In this document: piece after piece, positions 1 to 10,364 of the stretch
How positions within the stretch are numbered: position 1 is the first letter of the stretch
Layout of the letters: every line of letters starts with the position of its first letter
Source: Marispirochaeta sp.
GTDB lineage: Bacteria; Spirochaetota; Spirochaetia; JC444; Marispirochaetaceae
Length of the DNA: 64,000 nt
Assembly: GCA_963676835.2 (NCBI GenBank)
Contig: CAXXFF010000002.1
Span: 640,001 to 704,000 of the forward strand
Direction: 5' to 3'
Made by a program: the position numbers and the translations under genes
Notes under the pieces: model-generated
Database searches by the model: none
What the model was told of the DNA's origin: nothing
What the model saw: the letters and a program-made list of their open reading frames with translations, nothing else

Positions 1-1
1 G

Positions 2-409
2 CTTAAGAAATTGGACCAATTTATTGATAGAAGAAAAGAAAACTTTCGTTTATGGACGGAAGGATTTAAGAAGTGGGATGATAAGTTTATTCTTCCATTC
101 GGGATAAAAGGTTCTGACCCTGCCTGGTTTGCATATCCGGTAACAGTGAAGGAAGATGCCGGTTTTTCAAGGACAGAGCTTACAGATTATCTTGCTCAGA
201 ATCTGGTGGAAACAAGAAATATCTTCGGGGGAAACCTTCTCAGGCAGCCAGCATATCTGAATATTGAAAAAAGGGTAGTTGGTGAACTTCCTGTAACGGA
301 CCAGATAATGAATCAATCATTCTTTCTGGGGACTTTTCCCGGATTGACTAAAGAGAAAATTGACTATTGTCTGGATGTAATAAACAAGTTTGTGGAGAGT
401 AAACGGTGA
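2..409 (+). CDS. rfbH: CDP-4-keto-6-deoxyglucose 3-dehydrase (RfbH/DdhC), C-terminal part, truncated by window edge
   Basis: Frame is open from base 2; SDPAWF and ETRNIFGGNLLRQPAY motifs typical of the RfbH C-terminus; directly precedes rfbF and rfbG. Confidence 0.85.
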   Translation, partial: LKKLDQFIDRRKENFRLWTEGFKKWDDKFILPFGIKGSDPAWFAYPVTVKEDAGFSRTELTDYLAQNLVETRNIFGGNLLRQPAYLNIEKRVVGELPVTDQIMNQSFFLGTFPGLTKEKIDYCLDVINKFVESKR

Positions 410-1182
410 AAGTTGTACTGCTGGCAGGTGGGTATGGTACCAGGCTTAGTGAAGAAACCGAGATAAAACCAAAGCCGATGGTAGAAATAGGCGGAAAACC
501 GATTCTCTGGCATATTATGAAATTGTATTCACATTACGGGTTTAATGATTTCATTATATGCCTTGGCTATAAGGGATATGTAATTAAAGAATATTTCGCG
601 AACTATTTCCTTCATATGGCAGATGTTACTTTCGATATGGAAAATAACACGATGCAGGTGCATGATAAACACGCAGAACCCTGGAAAGTTACTCTGGTTG
701 ATACTGGTCTGGAAACAATGACTGGAGGCAGGTTGAAGCGAATCAGCCCCTATATTGGGGATGAACCTTTTATGGCAACTTATGGTGACGGTGTCTCAGA
801 TATAAATGTTGCGGATCTAGTTGAGTTTCACAAAAAAAATAGAAAAATAGGAACTCTAACAGCTGTTCAGCCTAGTGGACGTTTTGGATCTATTGATATA
901 ACACCTTCAGGTAATGTTAATTCTTTCGTTGAAAAACCGAAAGGAGATAATTCATGGATAAATGCTGGGTTCTTTGTATTTCAACCTGAAATTTTTAACT
1001 ATATCAATAGCGATTCAGATTCACTGGAAAGAACACCGCTCGAAATGTTAACTGCAGATAGCAGTCTTGCTGCTTTTAAACACTCAGGATTCTGGAAACC
1101 GATGGACACATTACGGGAAAAGCACGAACTGGAAAATTTCTGGCAGACAGGAACCGCTCCATGGAAGGTCTGGAATGATTGA
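406..1182 (+). CDS. rfbF: Glucose-1-phosphate cytidylyltransferase
   Basis: LAGGYGTRLSEET..KPKPMVEIG, TMTGGRLK, YGDGVSD, FWKPMDTLRE motifs. Confidence 0.97.
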   Translation: MKVVLLAGGYGTRLSEETEIKPKPMVEIGGKPILWHIMKLYSHYGFNDFIICLGYKGYVIKEYFANYFLHMADVTFDMENNTMQVHDKHAEPWKVTLVDTGLETMTGGRLKRISPYIGDEPFMATYGDGVSDINVADLVEFHKKNRKIGTLTAVQPSGRFGSIDITPSGNVNSFVEKPKGDNSWINAGFFVFQPEIFNYINSDSDSLERTPLEMLTADSSLAAFKHSGFWKPMDTLREKHELENFWQTGTAPWKVWND

Positions 1183-2260
1183 TAAAACATTCTGGAAAGG
1201 AAAAAAAGTATTTATTACCGGGCATACGGGGTTTAAAGGGTCCTGGTTGTGTATGTTGCTGAATTATCTTGAAGCTGATGTTATCGGATATTCTTTGGAT
1301 CCGCCAACAATACCTTCCTTATTTAAAGAAGCAAAGATCGACCAGATAATTAACCATAACATTGGTGATATCCGTGATTTAGATCGGTTAAAAGAGGTTC
1401 TGTTTAGATCGAATCCTGATATTCTGATTCATATGGCAGCTCAGCCATTAGTAAGAGAATCATATCGCGATCCGGTCACAACGTATCAAACGAATGTTCT
1501 TGGGACAGTGAATTTACTTGAATCTGCTAGAATATGTAACAATATAAAATCTGTTGTTATCGTTACAACAGATAAATGCTATGACAACAATGAATGGGTA
1601 TGGGGTTACCGGGAAAATGATCGTCTTGGTGGTTATGATCCTTATTCAAACAGCAAAGCCTGCTCTGAACTTGTAACAGATGCATATAGAAACTCATTTT
1701 TTAATCCTGAACAATACGGTATTGATCATAATGTAGCGATAGCTACTGCCCGTGCAGGAAATGTAATAGGTGGCGGAGACTGGGCAGAAGATAGATTGGT
1801 TCCGGATATATTAAAGGCTATCTTCGGTAACAAAAAAGTTCAAATTAGAAATCCATATGCAGTCCGGCCATGGCAACATGTATTGGAACCGTTGTCTGGG
1901 TATTTAGATTTGGCAAGATCTTTATATTCTAATGGGACTCAGTTTGATGGGGCATGGAATTTTGGTCCGGATGCGAATGATTCAAGACCTGTAAAATGGA
2001 TAGTTGAAAAGATGTGTTCTTTGTACCCTGATTCAAATGGATATAAAATTGATCAAAATACTCATCCTCACGAAGCAAACTATTTAAAACTTGATTGCTC
2101 AAAAGCTCTGCAGAAATTATTGTGGACACCAGTGTGGACTCTTGAAACAACTTTAAATAAGATAATTGACTGGCATTTATCTTATGAGAAAAATCAGAGT
2201 ATCTTTGAAAAATCTATAGAGCAAATAATTGAATACTGCAATGATAAAGAATCTCTTTAG
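1175..2260 (+). CDS. rfbG: CDP-glucose 4,6-dehydratase
   Basis: TGHTGFKGSW, HMAAQPLVR, DPYSNSK, RPWQHVLEPL; start moved to ATG 1175 overlapping the rfbF end. Confidence 0.97.
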   Translation: MIDKTFWKGKKVFITGHTGFKGSWLCMLLNYLEADVIGYSLDPPTIPSLFKEAKIDQIINHNIGDIRDLDRLKEVLFRSNPDILIHMAAQPLVRESYRDPVTTYQTNVLGTVNLLESARICNNIKSVVIVTTDKCYDNNEWVWGYRENDRLGGYDPYSNSKACSELVTDAYRNSFFNPEQYGIDHNVAIATARAGNVIGGGDWAEDRLVPDILKAIFGNKKVQIRNPYAVRPWQHVLEPLSGYLDLARSLYSNGTQFDGAWNFGPDANDSRPVKWIVEKMCSLYPDSNGYKIDQNTHPHEANYLKLDCSKALQKLLWTPVWTLETTLNKIIDWHLSYEKNQSIFEKSIEQIIEYCNDKESL

Positions 2261-2283
2261 GAATATGGTTAACTGTCTCTAAT

Positions 2284-3474
2284 ATGGAGGTGTTCAAATT
2301 GAAAAAACCTATGTCAATTTCTTCTAATAATATCGAAGGGCAACCAATGTTTAAGGTGTTGGAAAAAGTTCAGGAAATGGAAAAGAACGGGGAATCGATT
2401 ATTCATTTTGAGATTGGAGATCCAGATTTTGCCACACCTGAAAACATTGTTGATGCCGCATGCAAATCCCTGAAAAATGGAGAAACCCATTATACAAGTT
2501 CTATGGGACTTATGGATATGCGGGAGGCAGCCTCTGAGACAACAAAAAAATCTCGAGGGTTCAAACCTGGTATAGATCAGATTCTCATAACCCCAGGTGC
2601 TAATATCATTATATATTTGGCTATTAAGTGCTTGGCAAATCCGGGAGAAGATGTTGTCCTTCCTGACCCTGGTTTTCCTACATATTATTCGGTAATTAAG
2701 CTTCTGGGAGTAAATCCAATACGTGTACCTCTAAAAGAGGAAAATGGATTTCGAATGAGTCCCGATGATGTTAAAAATGCTATTACAAAAAAAACTAAGC
2801 TGATAATTATTAATTCACCGAATAACCCTACTGGGTCAGTTATGACGCCGGAGGAAATGAATGAGATTTATAAAATAGCCTATGACAATGGTATATATTT
2901 ATTAAGTGATGAAATTTATTCAAGAATGATATATGGAAATACACAATTTTATAGTCCATCTGTTAATGACTCATGTAAACATACAACTATTGTAGCCAAT
3001 GGATTCAGCAAGGCGTTTGCCATGACAGGATGGCGGTTAGGTACAGCTATTGGGCCTTCTAACGTAATAGAAAAAATGGGATTGCTTGTACAAACTATTT
3101 GTTCTTGTGTGCCTCCATTTATTCAGCGTGCTGGTATTACAGCACTAAACGATAAACAAGATGAAATAAATCGTATGATGAAAATATACAAAGAAAGGCG
3201 TGATTTACTGGTTGATGGTCTTAACGATATTCCAGGAATAAACTGTCTTAGAAGCGAAGGTGCTTTTTATGTTTTCCCCAATATAACAAAAACTGGGATG
3301 AGCTCTGAGCAGTTTTCATCTTTTATGCTAGAGAAAGCAAAAGTGGCCCTTCTTCCGGGACCAAACTTTGGTTCTTACGGTGAAGGGTACGTCCGGCTGA
3401 CTTATGCTACAGATGTCAACTTGATTAAAGAAGGGCTTAAGCGAATAAAAAACGCGATGAAGGAGATACTATAA
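2284..3474 (+). CDS. PLP-dependent aminotransferase class I/II (aspartate aminotransferase family)
   Basis: GDPDF, NSPNNPTG, SDEIY, GFSKAFAMTGWRLG; TTG at 2299 after GGAGGTG is an alternative start. Confidence 0.93.
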   Translation: MEVFKLKKPMSISSNNIEGQPMFKVLEKVQEMEKNGESIIHFEIGDPDFATPENIVDAACKSLKNGETHYTSSMGLMDMREAASETTKKSRGFKPGIDQILITPGANIIIYLAIKCLANPGEDVVLPDPGFPTYYSVIKLLGVNPIRVPLKEENGFRMSPDDVKNAITKKTKLIIINSPNNPTGSVMTPEEMNEIYKIAYDNGIYLLSDEIYSRMIYGNTQFYSPSVNDSCKHTTIVANGFSKAFAMTGWRLGTAIGPSNVIEKMGLLVQTICSCVPPFIQRAGITALNDKQDEINRMMKIYKERRDLLVDGLNDIPGINCLRSEGAFYVFPNITKTGMSSEQFSSFMLEKAKVALLPGPNFGSYGEGYVRLTYATDVNLIKEGLKRIKNAMKEIL

Positions 3475-5274
3475 ATGGGAAATATTATGCGAGTTGCAGA
3501 TTACATTGTTGATTTTTTTCAAAAAAAAGGTGTGAATGACTTCTTTATGCTGTCAGGTGGTGGCATAATGCATCTTACAGATGGGCTTGCATGCAATGAA
3601 AATATAAATGTTGTCTGTTTACATCATGAGCAGGCTATTTCAATGGCTATAGAATCGTATGCAAAAGTTAATCAAAATTTAGGTGTTGGTTATTTTACAA
3701 CGGGCCCTGGATCTACAAATGCACTGACTGGATTATGTGGTGCATATCTGGATAGTGTTTCATGTGTTTTCATTTCAGGGCAAGCAAAAGTCAAGGATAG
3801 TGTGCATAGTGCGGGTATTGATGGAATACGTCAAATAGGTGTTCAAGAGGTAAATATAGTCCCAGTTGTAAAACCTGTGACTAAGTACGCGGTTTTCATC
3901 GAAAATGCTGAAGATATTCGCTTTCATTTAGAAAAAGCTGTGTTTTTAGCCAAAAGCGGACGGCCGGGTCCAGTTTGGATAGATGTGCCACTAGATATAC
4001 AAGGTGCAAATGTTGATATCAGTAAATTGCGGCCTTTTGTTCCCCCGATAGAAAATCAATCTCTTGATTTTGAGAATATTGATATACTGGTTAATTACCT
4101 TGAAAAAGCAAAAAAGCCTGTAATTCTAGCCGGACATGGAGTCCGTTTATCAAAATCAATAGGCCTGTTAAAAGAGATTATACGAAAATATAAAATTCCG
4201 GTCGTAACAACTTACCTTGGAATTGATTGTATCGAATATGATGACCCTCAGTTCATAGGTAAAATTGGAATTAAAGGAGACCGTGCGGGAAATATAGCAG
4301 TACAAAATTCTGATTTATTAATGATTATAGGTACTAGTTTACCTGTTGCAGAGACTGGTTACGATGGCGAGAATTTTGCACCTAATGCTAGAAAAGTTGT
4401 AATTGATATTGATCTTTCATCACATAAAAAGCAATCGATATCATATGACATGATGATTGAGAATGATGCTAATATCGTTCTGTCGACATTTCTTGATGTT
4501 TTGAATAAGCGAACGCTTAATACATTTGATAAATGGTCTTTGAAATGCCGTTCAATAAAAGTAAAGTATCCAGTTTGTTTGCCTGAATATAGCGAATTAA
4601 AGCAAAAGATTAATATGTATTACTTTGTGGATAGACTTTCAGATTTACTCTCAGAGGGAGATGCCGTTGTAACTGATGCAGGGTCCGCATTTTATGTAGG
4701 TTCGCAAGCAATTAAAATAAAACGAGGTGTTAGGTATATAACTTCTGGAGGGCTTTCAACTATGGGATATAGTCTACCCGCCAGTATCGGTGTATGTTAT
4801 GCAAATAACAGGAAACGCGTAATGTGTATAACGGGAGATGGATCTCTACAGCAGAATATACAAGAACTGCAAACTTTAATTCATAATAAGCTTCCTGTTA
4901 AAGTATTTGTTTTTAATAATGAAGGATACTTGTCTATTCGTTTTACACAAGAAAAATATTTTGAAAATCGGTTAATTGGTGAAGGAAAAACATCAGGTAT
5001 ATCTTTTCCAGATTTGAAAAAAATAGCATTTGCTTATGACATTAAATACTTAAAAGCAGAAACAAACAGTGATCTGGATAGTGTTCTAAAAGAAACTATA
5101 GATTATGCAGGTCCTGTTATTTGTGAAATTGTCACTCCCGAGAAACAGTTGGTTATTCCTACTGTAGGATCAGCAATGAATAAAGATGGGCAAATGGAAT
5201 CCAAACCTCTTCATGATATGGCCCCCTTTTTAGATTCAGCTGAAACAAAAGATAATATGTCGGATGCATTTTAG
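3475..5274 (+). CDS. Thiamine-diphosphate enzyme, acetolactate-synthase-like (YerE-type carboligase candidate)
   Basis: HHEQA, TTGPGSTN, GRPGPVWIDVPLDIQ, GDGS...NNEGY ThDP motif; embedded in a CDP-sugar operon. Confidence 0.9.
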   Translation: MGNIMRVADYIVDFFQKKGVNDFFMLSGGGIMHLTDGLACNENINVVCLHHEQAISMAIESYAKVNQNLGVGYFTTGPGSTNALTGLCGAYLDSVSCVFISGQAKVKDSVHSAGIDGIRQIGVQEVNIVPVVKPVTKYAVFIENAEDIRFHLEKAVFLAKSGRPGPVWIDVPLDIQGANVDISKLRPFVPPIENQSLDFENIDILVNYLEKAKKPVILAGHGVRLSKSIGLLKEIIRKYKIPVVTTYLGIDCIEYDDPQFIGKIGIKGDRAGNIAVQNSDLLMIIGTSLPVAETGYDGENFAPNARKVVIDIDLSSHKKQSISYDMMIENDANIVLSTFLDVLNKRTLNTFDKWSLKCRSIKVKYPVCLPEYSELKQKINMYYFVDRLSDLLSEGDAVVTDAGSAFYVGSQAIKIKRGVRYITSGGLSTMGYSLPASIGVCYANNRKRVMCITGDGSLQQNIQELQTLIHNKLPVKVFVFNNEGYLSIRFTQEKYFENRLIGEGKTSGISFPDLKKIAFAYDIKYLKAETNSDLDSVLKETIDYAGPVICEIVTPEKQLVIPTVGSAMNKDGQMESKPLHDMAPFLDSAETKDNMSDAF

Positions 5275-5298
5275 TCTATTCGCGGCTGGAAAATATTA

Positions 5299-6222
5299 AT
5301 GAAAAAGGCAGTTGTTACAGGGGCGACAAGTTTTATTGGCGAATCTCTAGTACGTAACCTTGTAGATATTGGTGTTTATGTAATCGCTATTATAAGGCCA
5401 AACAGTAAGAAAGTTTCCAAGTTGCAAGAGATTGATGGGAGTAAATTAGAAATCATTGAATGTCCGCTGGAATCATATTCTAGTTATCTCCCGGAGATTA
5501 ATAATTGTGACGTATTTTTTCATTTAGCGTGGGCCGGGACAAATATTGATGATAGGGATAACGTACAAACCCAGTTAATAAATATACAGTTTACTCTTGA
5601 TGCTGTATGTATGGCGCAAAAATTTGGATGTAAGAAATTTATTGGAGCTGGAAGTCAAGCAGAGTATGGAGTAGTTTGCGGTGACATAAGTGAACAAACC
5701 CCGGTATTTCCTGAAAGCGGTTATGGGATTGCCAAGTATTCTGCAGGAAAGTTATCCCATCTATTGTGTTCACAACTTAACATTGAATTTAACTGGGTAA
5801 GAATAGTAAGTATCTATGGAGAGAATGATTCAAAGAATACTTTGATCATGTTTTGCTTAGAATCACTATTGAAAAATAGAAGGCCAGCACTTACTCGTTG
5901 TGAGCAAGTTTGGGATTATCTATATATAGAAGATGCATCTCAAGGTTTAATCAAAGTGGCACAGGCTGGTAAAAACGGTAAAACTTATGTATTAGGAAGT
6001 GGAAAAAAAGCGAAATTGAATAACTTTGTAGAAACTATTTACAAATTATCCGGTGCTAATTGTGGAATCGGATATGGAAAAAAGGCTTATTTACCCCATC
6101 AGCCGATGTATTTAGTTGCAGATATTTCTACTTTATCTTCTGATACAGGATGGTTCCCAAAGATTTCGTTTGAAGAAGGGATTAAAAATATCATTACTAA
6201 TATTAAGGCAAAGGCTACGTGA
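5299..6222 (+). CDS. NAD-dependent epimerase/dehydratase/reductase (extended SDR)
   Basis: TGATSFIG, HLAW, GSQAEYG, YGIAK (YxxxK). Confidence 0.9.
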   Translation: MKKAVVTGATSFIGESLVRNLVDIGVYVIAIIRPNSKKVSKLQEIDGSKLEIIECPLESYSSYLPEINNCDVFFHLAWAGTNIDDRDNVQTQLINIQFTLDAVCMAQKFGCKKFIGAGSQAEYGVVCGDISEQTPVFPESGYGIAKYSAGKLSHLLCSQLNIEFNWVRIVSIYGENDSKNTLIMFCLESLLKNRRPALTRCEQVWDYLYIEDASQGLIKVAQAGKNGKTYVLGSGKKAKLNNFVETIYKLSGANCGIGYGKKAYLPHQPMYLVADISTLSSDTGWFPKISFEEGIKNIITNIKAKAT

Positions 6223-7835
6223 TAAATAAAGAAAGAAGATTGGTTTTAATAGACATATTTGCTATTTCCCTATTGTATATAGTGAGCTACTCATTTTTAC
6301 TTATTAATAATGGTTTGTACTGGGATGATTGGGTCTGGGCAGGAAGAAGATTTGAAGATTATATAGAATATTCACAGTTATTATTCGCATCTAAAGTACC
6401 AACAATTTTCTTTGTTTTTTCCTATATGTTGCCACCAGTGCTATCACGATTTTTAATTTTTACTGCATATTACATCCCGGGATTAGTTTTGTACTCGATA
6501 TTAAAAAGGCAAAGAGTTGATAGAATTACAAATTTATTAATTGTTGTTCTTTTTTTATTATTACCTTTGAATATTGCTAAATATACTCTCTCTACTGGAA
6601 TATATGCTTTTTGCTTTTGCATATTTTCCATAGCAGTATGGCTTTTAGCTAACTACCATGATAAGAGTCTACAAAGGATAGTATCGTTAGTTCTTTTTTA
6701 TATTTCTTTTTACATGAACTCGTTATTAGTTTTTTATGCCATTCCGTTTTTGTTCTTATTCTTTATGGAAAATAAAAATCTGTCAATTGTAGAACTATTT
6801 AAGTTTATAAGAAGAAATTTAGATTATTTCGTATTGCCATTTATATTTTTTATTATTAAGAAGTACCTTGAAGCATCGAATGCTGTGTTCATTAACGGGG
6901 TTTATAATCAGGATTTGTATAATAATATACAACTTACAAGAATTTTATTATTTCCGATTGAGACGATAAAGTGGTTTGGTGAATCGTTTCTATTCTTATT
7001 TTATAATCTTTTGTTATCAGTTAATGGATTTTTTGGGATCATGATTATGGTAATTGCGATGCCGTTACTATGGTATACAATATTCAGACTTTATAATTTT
7101 AAAAAAGAAGAAGTTTTTTATCCAAAGTTGATCTTCTTGGGGATAATATTTTTCCTGGTAGCGAGTTTTCCCTATATTGCTGTCGGAAAAGATTTCAGTA
7201 CAAATGTCTTTAATACCAGGCATCAGTTCCTTTTTCCATTGAGTTTTTCAATGATTATAACTGGGATAGTAGGTCTATTAAAGCGTATGCTGAATGTAAA
7301 GATATGTATATTTATAAGTTCGATGATTATTTCCATGTGCATATGCTTTAATATAGTTCAGGGGAATAATTTTTATTCAGATTATATCAAACAACAGTCG
7401 ATTATTCTCAACATGGAAAAAAATAAAATAATCAAAGAGAACCATTTTATCATTATAAATGATAGCACTAAGGCTTTAAGTAATAATAGAAGATTCTCCA
7501 CATATGAATTATCTGGTTTCGCAAAAGAAGCATTTAATAATGAAAAACATGTTTTAGTAGATAGTCGGTATAGCAATATCAATTTTAAACAGCTATATCA
7601 AATTAAAGATAATCTCCCATACAATTATAAGGATATACCTCCTTTTTTGGATGGGTCCTCTGTTGTCAATGTATCGATTGAGGAAAGTTGGGGTACTGGT
7701 ACGATATTCCAGAATCTAAAATTAATTAATTATAAGCTGTTTAATACTGAAAAATACTTAGAGTACTTACAAAAGTATATAAAAATTAGCAATACCGATA
7801 ACAGTCTTAAAGAGGTATTTGGTGAAAACAATTAG
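6219..7835 (+). CDS. Polytopic membrane protein, GtrII/GT-C-like glycosyltransferase candidate
   Basis: Many hydrophobic segments, WDD acidic motif after first TM, very AT-rich, directly upstream of GtrB- and GtrA-like genes. Confidence 0.6.
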   Translation: MINKERRLVLIDIFAISLLYIVSYSFLLINNGLYWDDWVWAGRRFEDYIEYSQLLFASKVPTIFFVFSYMLPPVLSRFLIFTAYYIPGLVLYSILKRQRVDRITNLLIVVLFLLLPLNIAKYTLSTGIYAFCFCIFSIAVWLLANYHDKSLQRIVSLVLFYISFYMNSLLVFYAIPFLFLFFMENKNLSIVELFKFIRRNLDYFVLPFIFFIIKKYLEASNAVFINGVYNQDLYNNIQLTRILLFPIETIKWFGESFLFLFYNLLLSVNGFFGIMIMVIAMPLLWYTIFRLYNFKKEEVFYPKLIFLGIIFFLVASFPYIAVGKDFSTNVFNTRHQFLFPLSFSMIITGIVGLLKRMLNVKICIFISSMIISMCICFNIVQGNNFYSDYIKQQSIILNMEKNKIIKENHFIIINDSTKALSNNRRFSTYELSGFAKEAFNNEKHVLVDSRYSNINFKQLYQIKDNLPYNYKDIPPFLDGSSVVNVSIEESWGTGTIFQNLKLINYKLFNTEKYLEYLQKYIKISNTDNSLKEVFGENN

Positions 7836-8754
7836 TATATTAATACCATGCTTTAATGAGGTTCTAAATGTTAAACCTCTTTCTTTAGAAATTATAAATA
7901 TCTTTAAGGATAAATTACAGGAATATGATTATGAAATAATATTTATTGATAATGATTCAAGTGACGGAACAAAAGATATTTTACGTTCTTTATGCAATGA
8001 ATATAAAAAAATAAAAGCTATTTTTAACGCTAAAAACTATGGACAGTTTAATTCTCCATATTATGGAATGTGTCAGACAACTGGAGATTGCACTATAATG
8101 ATGTGTAGTGATTTTCAAGATCCGGTTGAATTAATTCCAGATTTTATCAAGGAATGGGAAAAAGGTTTTAAAATAGTAAGTGGAATAAAAGCATCCAGCA
8201 AGGAAAATAAAGCGGTAAGACTTTTGCGTACAGTGTATTATAAACTCATACGAAAAATGTCTGATATAGAACAAATCGAACACTATACAGGGTTTGGTCT
8301 CTATGATAAATCATTCATAAAAATAATGTCAGGCTTGCAGGATCCAATACCTTTTTTACGTGGGATTGTCGCTGAATTGGGATATAAACGAACAGAAATA
8401 AAATATCAGCAGCAAAAACGTAGAGCAGGAAAAACACATAATAACTTATATACTCTCTATGATGCAGCAATGTTAAGCTTTACGTCATATACCAAGATAG
8501 GATTGAGATTAGCAACTTTTTCAGGATTTATATTGTCAGTACTCAGCGGTATCACTGGGGTTATTTACATAATACTTAAAATACTATATTGGGAAAGATT
8601 TCAAGCAGGTATTGCACCAATACTTATTGCTGTACTATTTCTATTTTCTATGCAATTTCTTTTTATTGGAATTCTTGGGGAATATATAATTTTTATAAAT
8701 AAACGAATAATGAATCGTCCTTTAGTTGTGGAAGACGAACGTATTAATTTCTAA
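7819..8754 (+). CDS. GT2 polyprenol-phosphate glycosyltransferase (GtrB-like)
   Basis: IPCFNE, IDNDSSDGT, SDFQDP, two C-terminal TM helices, GILGEY..RP; GTG 7822 is a possible start. Confidence 0.9.
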   Translation: MVKTISILIPCFNEVLNVKPLSLEIINIFKDKLQEYDYEIIFIDNDSSDGTKDILRSLCNEYKKIKAIFNAKNYGQFNSPYYGMCQTTGDCTIMMCSDFQDPVELIPDFIKEWEKGFKIVSGIKASSKENKAVRLLRTVYYKLIRKMSDIEQIEHYTGFGLYDKSFIKIMSGLQDPIPFLRGIVAELGYKRTEIKYQQQKRRAGKTHNNLYTLYDAAMLSFTSYTKIGLRLATFSGFILSVLSGITGVIYIILKILYWERFQAGIAPILIAVLFLFSMQFLFIGILGEYIIFINKRIMNRPLVVEDERINF

Positions 8755-8755
8755 A

Positions 8756-9136
8756 ATGTATATAAAACAATTCACTCAGTTTATTAAATTCGGTATAGTC
8801 GGATTTACTAATGTATTAATAGCATTAAGCGTTTTTTATTTAACTGTTCATTTAGGTTTCCATTATCAAATTGCTAATGTCACATCATTCATAATTAGTT
8901 CATTGAATGGGTTTGTTTTGAACAAAATTTGGGTGTTTAAATCTGAAAGTAATAAATACTTTAATCAGATTATAAAATATTATTTTGTGTATATAAGCTC
9001 ACTGTTACTAAGTATGTTGATGTCTTTTGTTTATATTGAATTATTTGGCGGTTATGTATTTCTGTCGCCAATAATAAATCTTTTTATTACTGTACCATAT
9101 AACTATATGTTAAGTAAACTTTGGATTTATAAATAA
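8756..9136 (+). CDS. GtrA-family flippase
   Basis: QFIKFGIVG, LNKIWVF, NYMLSKLW; four TM segments, about 126 aa from ATG 8756. Confidence 0.9.
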   Translation: MYIKQFTQFIKFGIVGFTNVLIALSVFYLTVHLGFHYQIANVTSFIISSLNGFVLNKIWVFKSESNKYFNQIIKYYFVYISSLLLSMLMSFVYIELFGGYVFLSPIINLFITVPYNYMLSKLWIYK

Positions 9137-9176
9137 TACTAACAGCCCTAAAATCTCGAGCAAGGAAATTACTTTA

Positions 9177-10364
9177 ATGAATGACATTCTAAAGATATTA
9201 GATAGAGGAAAAGGAATTTTTGAAAAGGATATTGAAAATATTAAAGAAGAAATAAAAGAAATTATTAAAGATTCCAGCTTTCTATTTGTTGGAGGAGCAG
9301 GATCTATTGGACAAGCTACTGTTAAAGAGATCCTAAAAAATAGTCCTAAAAAGCTCTATGTTGTTGATATCAGTGAAAATAATCTTGCTGAACTTGTTCG
9401 GGACATAAGAAGCTCAATAGGATATATTGATGGTGATTTCCAAACATTTGCTATAGATTCAACATCAATAGAATTTGATCATTTCTTTAAGGCAACTTGT
9501 CCTTTTGACTATGTTTTGAATCTTTCTGCTTTGAAACATGTAAGAAGTGAAAAAGATCCATATACCCTAATGAGAATGCTTTACGTAAATACAATATCAA
9601 TCAATAACACGTTACAGCTGTCAGTTGAGAATGGAGCAAAGAAATACTTTGCGGTATCTACGGATAAAGCAGCTAATCCGGTAAATCTTATGGGTGCAAC
9701 AAAGAGGTTGATGGAGCATATTCTGTTTTCCCGTAAGGAAAACATTGATGTATCCAGTGCTCGTTTTGCAAATGTTGCTTTTTCTGACGGCAGCCTTCTA
9801 CATGGATTCAATATGAGAATACAGAAAAACCAACCTATTGCAGCGCCGAATGATGTTAAACGCTATTTTGTTACTCCGGAAGAGTCCGGTCGACTGTGTA
9901 TGCTCTCCGCATTGTTAGGTAAAAATCGTGAAATATTTTTCCCAAAGCTTGATACTGACATCCATTTAATAGATTTCTCACAGATTGCCATAAGGTTCCT
10001 GGAAAGCAGGGGAATGGATGCATACATATGTGAGAGTGAGGAAGAGGCCCGTAGGATGATCAAGGAATTGCATGGAACAGGTAAATGGCCATGTTATTTT
10101 TCGGGAAGCAACACTACCGGGGAAAAAGACTTTGAAGAGTTCTTTACAGATAAAGAGAACCTTGATCTTGAACGGTATCATGAAATAGGAATTATTCTAT
10201 CTGATTATTATGACCGCAGCAGAGTTGATAATTATATAGAAAAGCTGAATGCAATACGCAATGAAGGAAAGTGGAGTAAAGATGAAGTACTGAAGCTCGT
10301 TCAAACAATGGTTCCTGAACTGGTTCACGAAGAAAAAGGCTTTTACTTGGATGGTAAAATGTAA
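9177..10364 (+). CDS. NDP-GlcNAc 4,6-dehydratase of legionaminic-acid clusters (LgaA-like)
   Basis: GGAGSIG, SALKHVRSEKDP, VSTDKAANP, RFANVAFSDGSL; first gene of the Leg module. Confidence 0.85.
   Translation: MNDILKILDRGKGIFEKDIENIKEEIKEIIKDSSFLFVGGAGSIGQATVKEILKNSPKKLYVVDISENNLAELVRDIRSSIGYIDGDFQTFAIDSTSIEFDHFFKATCPFDYVLNLSALKHVRSEKDPYTLMRMLYVNTISINNTLQLSVENGAKKYFAVSTDKAANPVNLMGATKRLMEHILFSRKENIDVSSARFANVAFSDGSLLHGFNMRIQKNQPIAAPNDVKRYFVTPEESGRLCMLSALLGKNREIFFPKLDTDIHLIDFSQIAIRFLESRGMDAYICESEEEARRMIKELHGTGKWPCYFSGSNTTGEKDFEEFFTDKENLDLERYHEIGIILSDYYDRSRVDNYIEKLNAIRNEGKWSKDEVLKLVQTMVPELVHEEKGFYLDGKM

Noticed and set aside
3513..3528. T7/A8 tracts near the ThDP gene start as a phase-variation site
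   Set aside because: Short A/T runs are expected in AT-rich DNA and the frame is intact
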